64,000 nt of DNA from Lytechinus pictus (taxonomy: Eukaryota): positions 23,624,001-23,688,000 of the forward strand of contig NC_087252.1 of NCBI RefSeq assembly GCF_037042905.1, written 5' to 3'. Positions 39,004 to 52,275 of the stretch are shown here, in pieces. The position numbers were made by a program, and so were the translations under genes. The stretch's first letter is position 1; each line of letters opens with the position of its first letter. The notes under the pieces are model-generated. The model made no database searches. It was given only the letters and a program-made list of their open reading frames with translations, and was not told the origin of the DNA.

Positions 39004-39470
39004 AAAAATTTTCCTTTCACTTTTTTATTGTTGTAAAGCACTATGGGAAATACTTTGATAAGTGCAATATTAAACATTAAAGCAAAGATGAGGAAGTACA
39101 GCCATTTGAATAAGGTTGGAAATAATTTCAAACTTTCTTCAGCTAAAAAAAGCAACAACAACATGTAGTACGCCTCTGGTAGTCTTGCCTGCATTACGCG
39201 ATTCGATATAGCAGCAGTGTTAAAGCTCGTGGATAGTGTTGGTAAAGGATACAAAAAATCAACTTGAATGGATCTTTTCCATTGAATAACAATTGCTGAT
39301 AATAGTTCAATGAGAAATTGATAAAATTTCTTCTTGGAAATATTAACATTTTAAATAAACACTGAGAAATGAAATCATTTTCCTCGCTGAATTTAAACAG
39401 CATTTGGCTGAATTTACGGGCACTCACATAGCGCCCACTATCGTCCACGACTGACTTTCCCCCCTGTTCG

Positions 39471-40398
39471 TAGCCTCTTGTCGAGGCCCTGTCGGCTGCT
39501 TTCCGAGCGAACATGGCAAAGCACGGGAGAGAGCGAAGCAGAGCGCCGCGAGACAGGGCCTCTGGACATCTGTACCGAATTTCACCGACTTTCTTTTGTT
39601 TTTTATTGTTTTTACCAATTCACCGACCAAAAACTGGTCGGTGAAAATCATCCAATGAGAGCGCGAGCTGCTATGACGTCATATTAAATATTCATGAGCT
39701 CATCTTGAATGGCGACCCTTGGATTCTTGGCGAAGAGTGACGACGAAATATCAAAGAGCACTGAATATGCCTCTAAAATGCTGAATATTGACCGATTTAA
39801 GGATTTGCAAGTCGATGAAATTAACTCTGCACTGAAAGGACGAGATGTCTTTGTAAATCTACCCACAGGATATGGAAAAAAAAGTAATATTTCATGCGAT
39901 TCCACCGGTCGATCCGGGGCGTCGATTATCGATCTCCGCTGTGCAGTGCAGTGAGGGAAGCTGGAGTGGAGTTGCTGGGAGTTGACTCGAGTCTGACCAG
40001 CGGCTGAGCAGTATCTCCCGGGAAGTTTCGGGGCGGTGATGGGTCTGTTACGGCCAGTAGTAATAGTAGTAGTAGTAGTAGTACCACTACTTGTAGCATT
40101 TTGCTGGTTATATCCCCTTTAGTGTCCCGCAATTAAATGAATCCCCTGCAGAATAGTGTACTACTACTATATAGTATTCCGAACCCAAGACGAAACAGCT
40201 CTGACATTTCATTGGTTTACTCGGTGACCGGTAATATCATGACTCATGTATATTCATTAGGAAGACGTTCCTCATGAATATATAATTCAGTTCAGATGTC
40301 AAGAGGCCCTGGCTCGCGCCAGGCCTAATTCGCTTCGCGAATTAGGAAAGCCCTCGCTTCGCTCGGGAAGCAGCTGCCAGGGCCTCGACAAGAGGCTA
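39471..40398 (+). mobile_element. AcademH-like internally deleted DNA transposon (928 bp)
   Basis: 41-bp TIR TAGCCTCTTGTCGAGGCCCTG... with 3 mismatches; TAG...CTA ends; perfect 9-bp TSD CCCTGTTCG (39462-39470, 40399-40407); empty site CCCTGTTAG at 587-595; RecQ motif remnants inside. Confidence 0.85.
39709..40127 (+). pseudogene. N-terminal fragment of a RecQ-like SF2 helicase
   Basis: FKDLQVDEINSALKGRDVFVNLPTGYGK (Q motif and Walker A); frameshift at an A-run into VIFHAIP; SILLVISPLVS (motif Ia) at 40095-40127. Confidence 0.8.
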
Positions 40399-41766
40399 CC
40401 CTGTTCGCCGATCGTTGGCCATTCCACTTTTTCCCAACCCGAAATATCCCTGCGAGTGTAGTCTGCTAATTCCGTGTATACGCTCGCCAGTCGTTGTTAT
40501 AGCATGGTATCCGTCGAGTTTCTCCCCCAGCGAGTTCGGCGAGGAACACAGTACAGGCAACGGTAACATTGTAAATAGATTAGTTGGAGAATAAACCGGG
40601 ATAATAATATAAAAATATGTGGACTTACTTACCCTTATGATGTCCCTCCAACCTGTAGTTCACATGTTACTTAAGTTTGTTTTTACGTTCATGTAAACGT
40701 ATGTTCATGAAAACGTATTGGAGATGTTTCTGTAAAAATTTTGGCTACAAATTTTCTCGTGCGACAAGATGCAAGATTGGTTGAACCACGGGATACATTG
40801 CACTACACTGCGACCGACATTGGCCACGCTCGCTGAGCAAAACATTCACATACACATTTTTGCGGGTACGACATTATCTTTATGGTGTACGATGATTGTG
40901 ATCATGTTTTTCACGTCATGTTTCAACGCATGCATTGGGGAAGGGAAATGGGAAGAATAAGGGAGAAAAGAAAGAAAGGGAAAAGTAAACAAAAGGAAGA
41001 AGAAAACAAGAAAAGGAAAAGAAAGAACATGGAGAGAAGAAAGGGAAGGAAAAGGAAGAGACTGATGTCGGCCTACTAGTGAGAAAGAACAATCGCGAAA
41101 TACTAATAAATGATGGGGATTAAAAATATATATACATTAAGAGATTGGAAAATGGAACGGGAATTTATCTCGGGAATGGGGAGGAAATGAGGCATAAGGA
41201 AACAGGAAGTTAGAATGGAACGAGCTAATATGATAGCAGGGGCGGATCCAGCTTTCGCCAATAATGGGGGGGGGGGATTTTTTTCATCCATATTTTCCAC
41301 GATCGACCGCTATAAGCGGGAGGGGGGGGCTGGGCACTTTTTTCCAAAACCGTGTACAAAAACGTAAAAATTACCATAGGATTGTGATTTTTGCATGGTC
41401 AGCCCCCCCCCCCCGACTTTGCAAACCGTTCCGCGGCCCCTGTAACAGTCAGCTTTATTCTTATAAAACAACATAAATTTATATTCCTATAAGTCCTGTT
41501 CAAAAGTACGAGCGTATAAAGTGAGAGCTAAATTTTTTTGGAAATGTCATATTTTTCCTGAAAAAAAAAACGTTCTGAGTAATGTTTTTGATCCTGAGCA
41601 AGATTCGTACAACTAATAACTACTGCGAACATGAACGTGAAGCGCGAGCCTGATAGAAAAGGACCTGTTCTGATTGCAGTATAGCCATGACGATATACGT
41701 AGGCCTATTTCAACAATCGAATAATGTGAGTGCGAAGTGCGAGCCGATCATTTTTGACATTCAAAC

Positions 41767-42026
41767 CACTAGCGTACCTACGGGGGGGGGCAGTCTGCCC
41801 CCCTGACGAGCCACAACCCATGCAGAAGACGTATCCCTGCCCCCCCCCCCCCACTCAGTGACGAGCTTGAAAGACCTTATTTGCCCCCCCCCCCCCGACA
41901 GATTTGAAGACCTTTATTGCCCCCTGACGAGCTTGAAGACTTTTTTTTTTTTTTTTTTTTTTTTTTGCTTGTCAAATTTTTTGGCGGAGGGTTTTGCCCC
42001 CCCCCCCCCTGTGGAAAATCCTACTG
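41767..42026. mobile_element. hAT-type poly-C MITE
   Basis: 8-bp TSD ATTCAAAC (41759-41766, 42027-42034); absent in copy 1 near 1916; same family as 46936-47193. Confidence 0.8.
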
Positions 42027-42963
42027 ATTCAAACCAAGAAAATTGACATTCTAAGCATTTTTTGTAATCCTGAACTGGATAGGTATATAACTAAACAATA
42101 CGAGCGCTAAGCGCGATGGGAAAAAAAATGAGATTTAGAGCTAAAAACGAGACACTATACTAGCATGACTAGTATTCGTATTTTGTAATTCGTGAAGATG
42201 GGTATACTTAGGTATCTTCCTACATCTATAAGTGCGAGCAGAAAATTTTGGATATTTTGATCTAAAAACGTCAATATAAGCACTAGTTTCAAACAATGAA
42301 AATGAAAATTGTAAATTGGAGTTGGATCGCACTTAAGATTCGAACGCGAAGCGCGAGCTGATATTCTAAGGACATTTTGTCATCATATGAAAATGGTAAT
42401 TATCTTCCTATTAGTCTCCCTAATCACGAGATGAAACTTGTCGACATTCTGAAAAAAGGACAATGTAATTGTTGGGAATTCATGAAATTGTTATCTTATT
42501 TACTACTCTGATAAGCCCGATGAGAGCGAGAAATTAGTTGATATCAAGTTCGGAAAACTGGATATTCTTAGCATTTTTGTATTAATGAATAGAAGGCATT
42601 GGTTGATACATCTTTAACAATCAATGCAAGCACAAATCACGAACCGAAAATTTTGATAAATTGTCATGAAAAGGGATTTTGAATAGTTTGTTATAGAGTT
42701 AAATTTCGCACCAATCAAAATGCAAGTGCGCATCGCTAGCTGATAGGTTTTGACAATTAGACATGAAAAGGAATATTTTGAGAATTTATGGAATATATGA
42801 GAACTAGAGAATGGGTACTTGACAAATAATGCTAGCTAGCGCGTAGCGTCAGCTGCATTGATAATGAGACCATAAAACGGATTACGGCTGCACATTGAAA
42901 GAAAATGTAAATCAAACAAAATAATAACAGCTCGATGTCCGAGCTGAAATAGGTTTTGTATAT

Positions 42964-43006
<43 letters not shown>

Positions 43007-46000
43007 GTATGTATATACCATATCGGTCTATTGAGGAAGATTTGTATCTCGACATCAAACATGCGAGCGCGAGCGAAAAACTTAAATAGTTATGAAAGAT
43101 TCTTTTTTTTTCAAGCCTTCCGCTCACCTTATTTTATTTACTTGCCTTTCTCCTCTATCCCCCATTCTTTTTGTCTCCTCTTTTTTCCCTTTTCCTTTTT
43201 TAGAATTTTACTTTTTTCGTTTTCTTCATTTTACTTTTTTCGTTTTTTCCGCCACTATAGGGGGACCCGGATACTTCGCCCCCTAGATCGGCCTATGTGA
43301 TAGCGATGAAGCTGAATTGAAAAATGAAGAGAAGGGATTAAGGAAAAGTGGAATTGGGCCCATAAAAACACATCCGGAACGACGTTTCAGGATTATAAAA
43401 AAAAAAAAGAACGGGAGGGAAAAATGTGATGACGTATGTGCCATGAAGTCTGGAATAGCTTGCTAATTTTTTATTGCTGAATTTCGGCAAGGTTTCGGAG
43501 GTACCACCCCAGCATTATATCATATTTAATGCTAAATCCTAGCCAAAGAATTTGGGGGCATACCCCCCCCCCCCCCCCATTTTCGCTTTCACCGCCGTGT
43601 ATGTATGGGTGTCCAGTGTCGGTCTTCACGGGGTTGGATAACTGACACAATTAAGTTTGGTCCCTGATGCGGGAGTATTTCTTTTTTTACATTTAGGCCT
43701 ATTATTTATCATTATCATTATGATTATTTTTTTTGAGGGGGGGTGGTCAGTTCCATAACCAGTCTAAAATTTGTATGGGGGACAGAATTGCACAAAAGGA
43801 TAAAATTATTACTAGAAAAGCTGCGATCGAGCGAGCAATTTTTTTTACCCTTTGAATTCAATACAAAAATGTAACTTTGTGTTCAGTATATTTTGACGTG
43901 ATACTTGTCATGTCATGTTTCACCCTACTCTTTTACTATTCTTTTCTCTTCAATGGGGGGGGGGGGGTCCAATGCACCAGGATGGGGGTAGACCAAGACT
44001 GAGTGTTATAAGGATTATATCAGCAATGCTAGCGCGAGTTTAGATGCTACCAGAATCATGATCATACTTGTCATTATAATTCATAAAATATTATGTCGTT
44101 CGAAGTAAGGGAAGTTTATCATGTTAATGTATCCCCTATCACCCTGGATCGACACTCACCACCCCCCCCCCCTCCCCCGAACTCTGAGCAATTCCTGGAG
44201 GGTAGTGATGGAGCCGGACTCGTATTATTTTAGAGAAAAATGGGGGAAAGGGGAGTATAGGGAGTAAAAGTTAGAGGTGATATCTCCTTGGTATATCTTA
44301 ATTTTTGGATGTATATGGGAATTCATGAATATGGTATTATGAAAAATGATAGAAATTAAGTGCAAGAGATGTTTTTGGAAGGAAAATATTGTGTTGTGTG
44401 TGTTTTGTATAATTATATTGCCATTGTTGTCACAGATTCTAACTCAAGCTATTTTTTTCTACTCTGTGGTGCTATATTTCTATTCCCGTCGGCATTCCTC
44501 GCTTCGCTTCCTTTATTTCATTCTCAAAGAAAAATTACTGCAATATTTTTGTTATTATATATAAGGATTAATTACCTTTCAAACTTCAAGCACTATAGGA
44601 ACATTGTGAAGCGGATATTGAACGCAATTTGTGAACGCAAAGCGCGAGCTGTTATTTTTGTAATTTGAATTTAGAACTGTTCTTGTAATCATGAAGAGTA
44701 TGTGTATCGCTGAATAAAAAGAAGATAATTAATATTCAAATCGTGAGCAGAATAATTTGTACTTATTGACTAGACTTGAAAAATGAATATTTTAGGGCAT
44801 TTGATATCCTCTTGAACATGTTGAACAGAGTGTTATGTCGCTCAAGTCAATGCGAGTGCGAAGCGTGAGCATTTTTTTTTGTTTATATTAATATTTCTTT
44901 TTTTATTATCTATCCCTTCCCCAGTTTTATTATACTTTCTTCCTTCTTTTATCATTTTCTTCCCTAACTCATCTTTTCATTCCCTCCCTCTTCTTTTTCT
45001 TTACTTAGCTTCCCTTTTCGCCGCCAATAGAGGGGGGGGCCTAACTGGCCGCTTTTAGTATCTTCTACTTGCGCTGTGTAAAATTTGATTGGTTTATAGG
45101 TAGGCCTATATACCTATATTATTTTCCAGGTCTACCTATACGCTCGCGCTTCGCTCTCGCATCATTGTTCAGTGATATACCTATCCTGTTCACGTTTACA
45201 AAAAAAGCTTAGAATTTCCCTTCTTTAGGTAAAAAACATTGCGCTCGCACCATTTTATTGTTGAAACATGTAACGCATTCATTGCTAACTGCAAGAAGTC
45301 CTTGACAAAAAAAAAATCTACTCACTCTTCCAGTAATTATTTGCATACACAATGTGTTCAGGACCACAAACATTGCCTAGAATGATCTAATTTTAGGACA
45401 AAACACAAACAATTTTAAAAACAAAATTCGTTCGCGCTTCGCGCTCGAACTATTCAGATAAGGCTTATGAGATTATTATATATTCTTGCTGATTTTTAAG
45501 AATAAAGGTAGAGAGGTGCACTGTTAGGACTATACCCCTTCAAATAAACATACACAAATCAACTTCGAACTGCCGATCGGGGAAAATATGGCAGAAACAT
45601 ATATTATCCGCCCCCGATCAGCGATCGAAGGCTGGATCCGTGTCTGTATCCGATATATTATTTGTAAAGATGCCTCTACGAAGGAGCTATGTAGTTCTTT
45701 ACTAAATTGTATTTCTGCTCATACTCATCAGAAAGGTGCAAATTGGAAACTTGAAACTGAGCATGTACCCATTGCCATTTTGCCAGGGTATAGGTGCATG
45801 AACAACTTTTGTTTCTTAGCAATCGATTTATCAGTATAGTTGATGTAATTTTCAGTCCATATCAAATTGGAAAGAATGTGTCAGGCAAGCTCCCAATTTA
45901 TAGTAAAACGGTTCTTATAAAATGTTTTGTTGTGAAGACAGTCCGATTGACAATATCCGGATATTTATCAATTTTATAATGAGGGACGTACGTATAGGGC

Positions 46001-46935
46001 CTATGTGCATGACTTGTTTGTCAAGTTCAACGGAAAGTTGCAATAAAGTTTTGAAGGCTCCATCATTGTCAGAACAAATTCCCAACGACGCGATCTAGCC
46101 CCCCCCCCCTTTCTTCAGTTCTTTCTTTCTTTATCTACTAATTTCTCTCTTGCATTTTTCCTTCTCGTTCTCAGTTTCTTCTTGCTTATAAATGACTTGA
46201 AAATCAGTGCTTATAATTAAATCATTGTCACTGCAATTTTTGCACCGCGCACATGGTTCAATGTTTAAAGGTCCCGTCCACCCCAGAAAGTGTTGATTTG
46301 AATCAATTAATATAAAAAAATCGGCTAACAAGCATGATTTTGAAAATATCACCAAAACCGAACGTGAAATGAATGAAATGAAATTGTTTGAATTATATAA
46401 TCTTAGAGATTTGAAAATAAGGACCAACTTGACTGCAACCATTAAAATGTAATCCACAACGGTTATTCCACATATTCAGGAACAAATAACACTTTTGTCA
46501 CATTTCAATGAGGAGGAAATTAGATAGTCATATTTCATATACAAAAAGAAGTGTATGTCGTCATCAGTCATATACAGAACAGGATGTGCGTATAAATTAC
46601 TGTTCTGTGAAATTATGATCATAAAAAAATCTTACATCCGATTATTATGATCATAAAATCATAATCATAAAAAAAAAATTCATCCGATTTTGATGAAATG
46701 TTCAGTGCTTGGATTTTTCTTTTTATTCAAATAAACCTTGGGATGGACTCCACCGACTCCATTGGACTTCGTTCAATCGATCGCTGTGCTTCCTTTATGT
46801 GGATACAAAACATATATTTGGACGGTTGTATTAGATCAAGTGACAGTTTGCCATATTTTTCCACATGAATATGACCCCGCCCCCCAAAAACACGTTATAA
46901 AAATCATATATCTCATTCGAGTCTAAAGTATATAG

Positions 46936-47193
46936 CACTAGCGTACCTACGGCCGGGGGACATTCTGTCCCCCCCCCCTGACGACCCACCTACAAAGGAC
47001 GTATTCCTGCCCCCCCCCCCTGACGAGCTTGAAGCCCCCCCCCCCCCTCCCCATTTTTTGTTGCTTGTCAATTTTTTTCTGGTACGATATCTTTTTTTTG
47101 TGATTGAAGACCTTTTTTTTGCTTGTCAAATTTTTTGGCGGACGGCTTTGCCCCCCCCCCCCCCCCCTGTGGAAAATCCTAGGTACGCCACTG
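46936..47193. mobile_element. hAT-type poly-C MITE, second copy
   Basis: CACTAGCGTACCTA...TAGGTACGCCACTG inverted ends; TSD not recognisable. Confidence 0.7.
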
Positions 47194-47749
47194 ATAAGAA
47201 GGTAAAATCTGCGCACATCGATCACTGAATGTATGAATAGAGATCTGAGAAGTGAGACAGATATTCATAACAGTATAACATTTGGTGACCCATAATATGG
47301 CGTCAGTGCCCCCCCCCCCCCATTGCCAGTTATAAAGAAAAAGGGGGAAATTGAAATATGGAGAAAAATATGACGATCGAGGCCCTAAGTATATCGACGT
47401 TACACTATACTTTCAAACTGAATGTCATTATTTACAGAACTTTATCCAATAATTAATTACAAGTTCATTACTATTTCCATAGGATTGCCAGTTTTCCAAA
47501 ATTTGACACTGACATGCTGAGGTTTAGTTAGAGCTCGATTATCTCTGGGCAGGAGATGAGTTCTTGTCCATAGGTCCATGCCCTGACAGAACACGAGAAA
47601 AGAGCACATGCATGGAACAACACATACAAACCAGTTGACTGAACTATGTCCATTGGCCATGCATGAGCATGGTGCAGGGCAAATGTGTTTTTGACCTCTT
47701 TGGTCCTTACGTAACCTGCAGTGATTCTTCAACACAATTACACACATCC

Positions 47750-47782
<33 letters not shown>

Positions 47783-49515
47783 GTATCCAGGCCTACTGTA
47801 CTACCAATACACATTGCCAAGGAGCATACTGTACTAGTCTATAAATTCAGACACAGTTTACCCAAAGACGGTTTATATATCATTTTAGTGAGAAATCAGT
47901 GCATTTCCAAAACATAAACATGATGCATAATCTTGGAATTTCCTTTGTAAGGGTTTATTTCTGTTGGTTTTATTTCCCTTTTTTCTCTTGGTTCATCCAT
48001 GGACCTATTCCATGGTTCATCAGTATCATAGAATAAAACGTTTTTATCAATCGATCTGAAACAATTATGAGCCGAGACTAAAACGCGGGAAGTCAGAGAA
48101 GAACCCAAGAGAAGTTTTTTTTCTTCCAATTCTGTGCTAGTTGTATTCATTCTGAATTGAGATTTATAAATTGTTCCCGTGTTATATCGGCAGTGAGAGA
48201 GCATATATATGTGCAACAGCGTATCACATCGTGGTCAACTTCTTTTTTTCTTTTTTTTGAAATGGGGACGATCGGGTTTGTTTATCGAATGCAAGCCCCA
48301 GCCAAGGCAAGAGCAAGCTGCAAGGAAGGTAGGAAAACAGATGGTGTTGCATGTTGTGCATGTGAGGAACGTATATACTGATTCTAATAGTAATATCGAT
48401 ATGCGATCGAGGTTTTTAGATCTAAAGTCTGCTCTGCCGTTCACTGTAATGTGATGCAAGAAAATAAGGAAAACGCAATGTATCAACGAGCTTTGTAAAA
48501 CTGACTGACAACTCAATTGTGTAGCGGACTACATTATCGTTCTCGCGTAGCACACGCACGGCAGCAGCGGTGATGCGCACTGTGGTGTCTGTGCGTTTCA
48601 AATCCCGGGTATCCCGGACGAATTAATTCACACATAAAACTGATAAAAGAGCATAATTTATCATGAAAAACACCATTTCATTTCATATCATTTACATCAT
48701 GACTGTTTAAGGGCATACCCATTCATATTATTTGCAAATTAATTAGAATGGTGACAGGCCGATTTCGAGGAATTTACCAAAACTATCCACCCTCTTTAAC
48801 TTTTAAAGCACTTATTGCATACGTATTCACAAAAAAAAAACATAATAAAATACTATGTTGACCAAAAATGACCATGATCATGTAAGACGCGTGCAAAGCA
48901 ATCATTCATACTTGAATACCCTTATGTCTAGATCAGGGATTCTCAAATGGTGGCGCGCGCGCCACTTGTGGCGCATCGAGCCTTGCGGAGTGGCGCTTGG
49001 GAGCCGGTAGAAAAAATAAAAATAAAAAAATTAGGAAAAATTGGGGAGAAAAAGTGTATCTACCAGTAACCTCGAAATGAGGATTTGGTGATCACTTTAA
49101 TGCAAAGAGAAGACAAAAACTCTTTACTTGACACTTAAGTGCTAATCGATTTCCTAAAATTTTGTCAAATTTTGCACTCGATAACCCCTATATTTTGGAG
49201 GATCGATGGTGTTCTCCTTTTTATTTATTCTATGCTGTACAAAGGTAATGTGCCACACAAGTGATTTGAAAGCCCGCTTGTAGGATTACTATTTCTACGG
49301 CGAGTAATCTTGCATTTCCAGAGTATACGTTTTGGTTAAGAGTTAAACATCAAATCATATGATATTCAAAGTACATCCTGATCATAAAAGATAATGACTT
49401 TGGGACATAACAAGCAGAAACTTTGTTTCCGAAGCTGATTAAAATCCGAAGTTGTAAAAGTGAAATATGCTCGATGTATTGCTTGCCGTGATTGTCTGCA
49501 TGCACTCATGCTTAA

Positions 49516-49853
49516 AGGTATTGTTTAACTTTGTGAGCGGCCGATTTAAAAAATTATCAAACCAAGATGAAACATGTGTACAAATAAACCCTGAAAACAA
49601 CCATTATTGATAATGAAAAGCTAAAACTACAAGGCAAACCCCGATTTTGTAAAATAGTACACATAAGTGTATGCGATGAAATTAAGATGGTGTTTTCGGT
49701 CACTTTATATTTCAATTTTTGAAGCACTAAATAATTATTTTCGAACGCAATTTTTTCTGGGCTTCATTTTTGTAACATATCACAGACACAGGTGACAAGT
49801 GTGACCTTCTAGCTCAGATTTTTTAAAAGTCAAACCAATGTTAACCAATCACT
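49516..49853. mobile_element. Kolobok-type MITE
   Basis: TTAA on both sides; imperfect TIR AGGTATTGTTTAAC vs reverse complement AGTGATTGGTTAAC. Confidence 0.7.
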
Positions 49854-49973
49854 TTAACACGAACTGAATGATACTGCACGTTAGTTGTAAAGAGAGAGAG
49901 GGGCAGTTTGGGGGTTAGTGCAGTGCAACGCCCGATTTTTAGCCCTTGCCAAATTAGGAACTGAAACTTCAGC

Positions 49974-50200
49974 CACTGGCGTACAGATGGGGGTGGGGAT
50001 TGGGGGCCCCAAGTGTTTCACGGCCAAGAAAAAAAACAGGAGAAAAGGAAATAAAAGAAAAGGAAAAAAGTGGAATATTGTATTATTTTCCTAATATTAT
50101 GTCACAATATAGATTTTTGTATTGAAAAGTTCAACATTTTTGCTTCAGCTGCCATATCTAGCCCCCCCCCCCTCATTTTTTTTACTCATTACGCCACTTG
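49974..50200. mobile_element. hAT-type MITE
   Basis: CACTGGCGTA...TACGCCACT ends; flanking duplication CTTCAGC. Confidence 0.6.
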
Positions 50201-50819
50201 CTTCAGCCAATAGATCTGGTGCAGAACAGTATGAACTAGTGGTATCATTGGTATGTTGTGAAAAAGTCACTATTCATGTTTCTTTTAATAAATAATGTGT
50301 AGTTTGTTGGCATTTGTATTTCTTCTGTTGATATTAATTAGAGCCCCTGTGGGCAATGTAAAAGGACTCATATTCCAAAACTTCTGGGGGCTCTGCCCCC
50401 TCGACCCCCACCAGGGGCCTCTGGATCCCTTCCGAAATACTCTGCTCGTTTGCGTAATGGATAGTGGCGCATTGCAGATTCTCAAGAAGAAATGTGGAGC
50501 TTCAAAAAAAGTAATTGAAAATGGCTGGTCTAGATGTTTCAAGAACTTAATCCATAAACTTCCAGTTATGATGCCAATTTGACAAATACCCCCAACACGG
50601 GCAAAGTTCTTTGACCTTAGATGACATCTGATCTTGGTCATGTGACCTGAGACGGGCACAGGATATTAAGGGATGCATTGTTGATCTTATGTCCAAGTTT
50701 CATGAACTAGATCCATAAACTTTTAAAGTTATGATGAAAATTCTACAAATACACCCAACATTATCAAAGTTCGTTGACCTAAATGACCTTTGACCTCACA
50801 CAGGATGTTCAGGGACCAC

Positions 50820-51830
50820 GTGATAGAAACCCAAATTATCCACACTCTTCATAACTCGCTATACTCTTGCAAACCTCGTGGTTAGCTCCCAAGTGACTCT
50901 GCAAGTTCGTGCATAACTCGCAGCTGGTCGTATTAGGATCGCGGGAACTCGTGTATGGAAATATATGGTAAATCATTCAAATTTCCCCGATTTGTTACAA
51001 GTTACAAAGAGTTTATGACGAGTTTCTCACGAGTTTAGCGAGTCTACTTCGAGTTGTTCCGAGTTTGATCGAGTTTTTCAAGAGTTCTCGAGAGCTTGAC
51101 AAAATTTTGAAATTTTTAAAAATTTCCCGAGCTTACTGCGACATCACTCGAGTTGCGTAGAGCTGCCAAGAGTTGTTAAGAGCTGTACCGAGTTGCTGCG
51201 AGTAACGGAGAGTTATCAAGAGTTGAATGAAGAGTTACCGCGAGTATCCAAAAAAAATCAACTCGCCACAACTCGCACAAACTCTTACACCCAACTCGGC
51301 TCTGTGTGAACAATGCATAAGCAACGTTTCCACTTTGGCGAGTTAACATCGCGAGTTATGGCGAGTTATGGCGAGTTATAGCGAATTGCCAAAATGAGGC
51401 ACTCGCGATAACTCGCATAAAGCTCACCATGAAACTCGGGATATCTCGCGACAACTCGGCATGGCTCGGCGGAGCTCGTTCAAGCTCGGGACAACTCTCC
51501 TTGAAGTCGTGAGCAGTTTCAAAATTTTGAACATGTTCAAAAATTTTGCTAACTCGCTGTAACTTGTGCTGAACTCACCTAAACTCGTTAAATACTCGCA
51601 GTACTCGCAATTACTCGTAAAAAGCTCGAGATAAACTCGTAATACCTCGCCACATCTGAGTATACGCGAGTGCGTTCCGAGTTTTCAAGAGCGAGATACG
51701 AGCATTGCGATCCTTTTACGAGTCAAGTGGAGGTGCCCACGAGATTAGCGCGACTTTAGCTCGAGCACCCCGAGTTGCAGCGAGTTTCGTATGAGTTTAT
51801 TTAGAGTGCGTTGGAAGTGCTCATTGACAT
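50820..51830. repeat. ACTCG/CGAGT-rich MITE-derived region
   Basis: Dense CGAG/ACTCG motifs; 51288-51314 is a perfect 27-bp inverted copy of 37535-37561. Confidence 0.6.
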
Positions 51831-51885
51831 GCCAGCTGAATGATTAATATCCAGTGATCCATATTTTGCTATATATAAACCCCTC

Positions 51886-52275
51886 AAAAAAGTTTGGAAA
51901 TCTGAGTTTGACTTATAATTTCTTCCAACTTTACGCAATGCATATTTGATATCATTCAAAAGATCATTTAATTCTCTTTAAAATGATACCATGATTGTTA
52001 TGATCATTCCATTACGAAAAGAGTAAGATTCAAAAGTGTTGGATGAAGTCTGAATAGAAAAGCTGCAAAACGAGCAAAAAAAGGTTTGGAAATCTGAGTT
52101 TGGCCATTAATTTCTCCCAACCCAAAATTTTACACAATGCATATTTGATATTATTCAAAAGATCATTTAATTCTCTTTAAAATGATACCATGCTTATTAT
52201 GATCATACCATCACGAAAAGAGCAGGATTCAAAAGTGTTGGATGAGGTCTGAATTGATAAGCTGCAAAACGAGCA
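51886..52275. repeat. Tandem duplication of a ~190-bp unit
   Basis: GTTTGGAAATCTGAGTTTG...GCTGCAAAACGAGCA present twice in tandem. Confidence 0.85.

Larger units (their letters stand above)
39224..48795. mobile_element. Large non-autonomous Kolobok-like DNA transposon, copy 2 (~9.6 kb)
   Basis: TTAA at 39220-39223 and 48796-48799; same imperfect 23-bp TIR as copy 1; colinear with 349-8295 plus private insertions. Confidence 0.8.
48934..50527. mobile_element. hAT (Buster/Charlie-like) non-autonomous element with nested MITEs
   Basis: CAGGGATTCTCAA...TTGAAAATGGCTG termini; perfect 8-bp TSD GTCTAGAT (48926-48933, 50528-50535); subterminal GTGGCGC repeats. Confidence 0.85.

Noticed and set aside
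39709..39954. Host RecQ gene exon
   Set aside because: Enclosed by TIRs and a TSD, frameshifted, and absent from the paralogous site.
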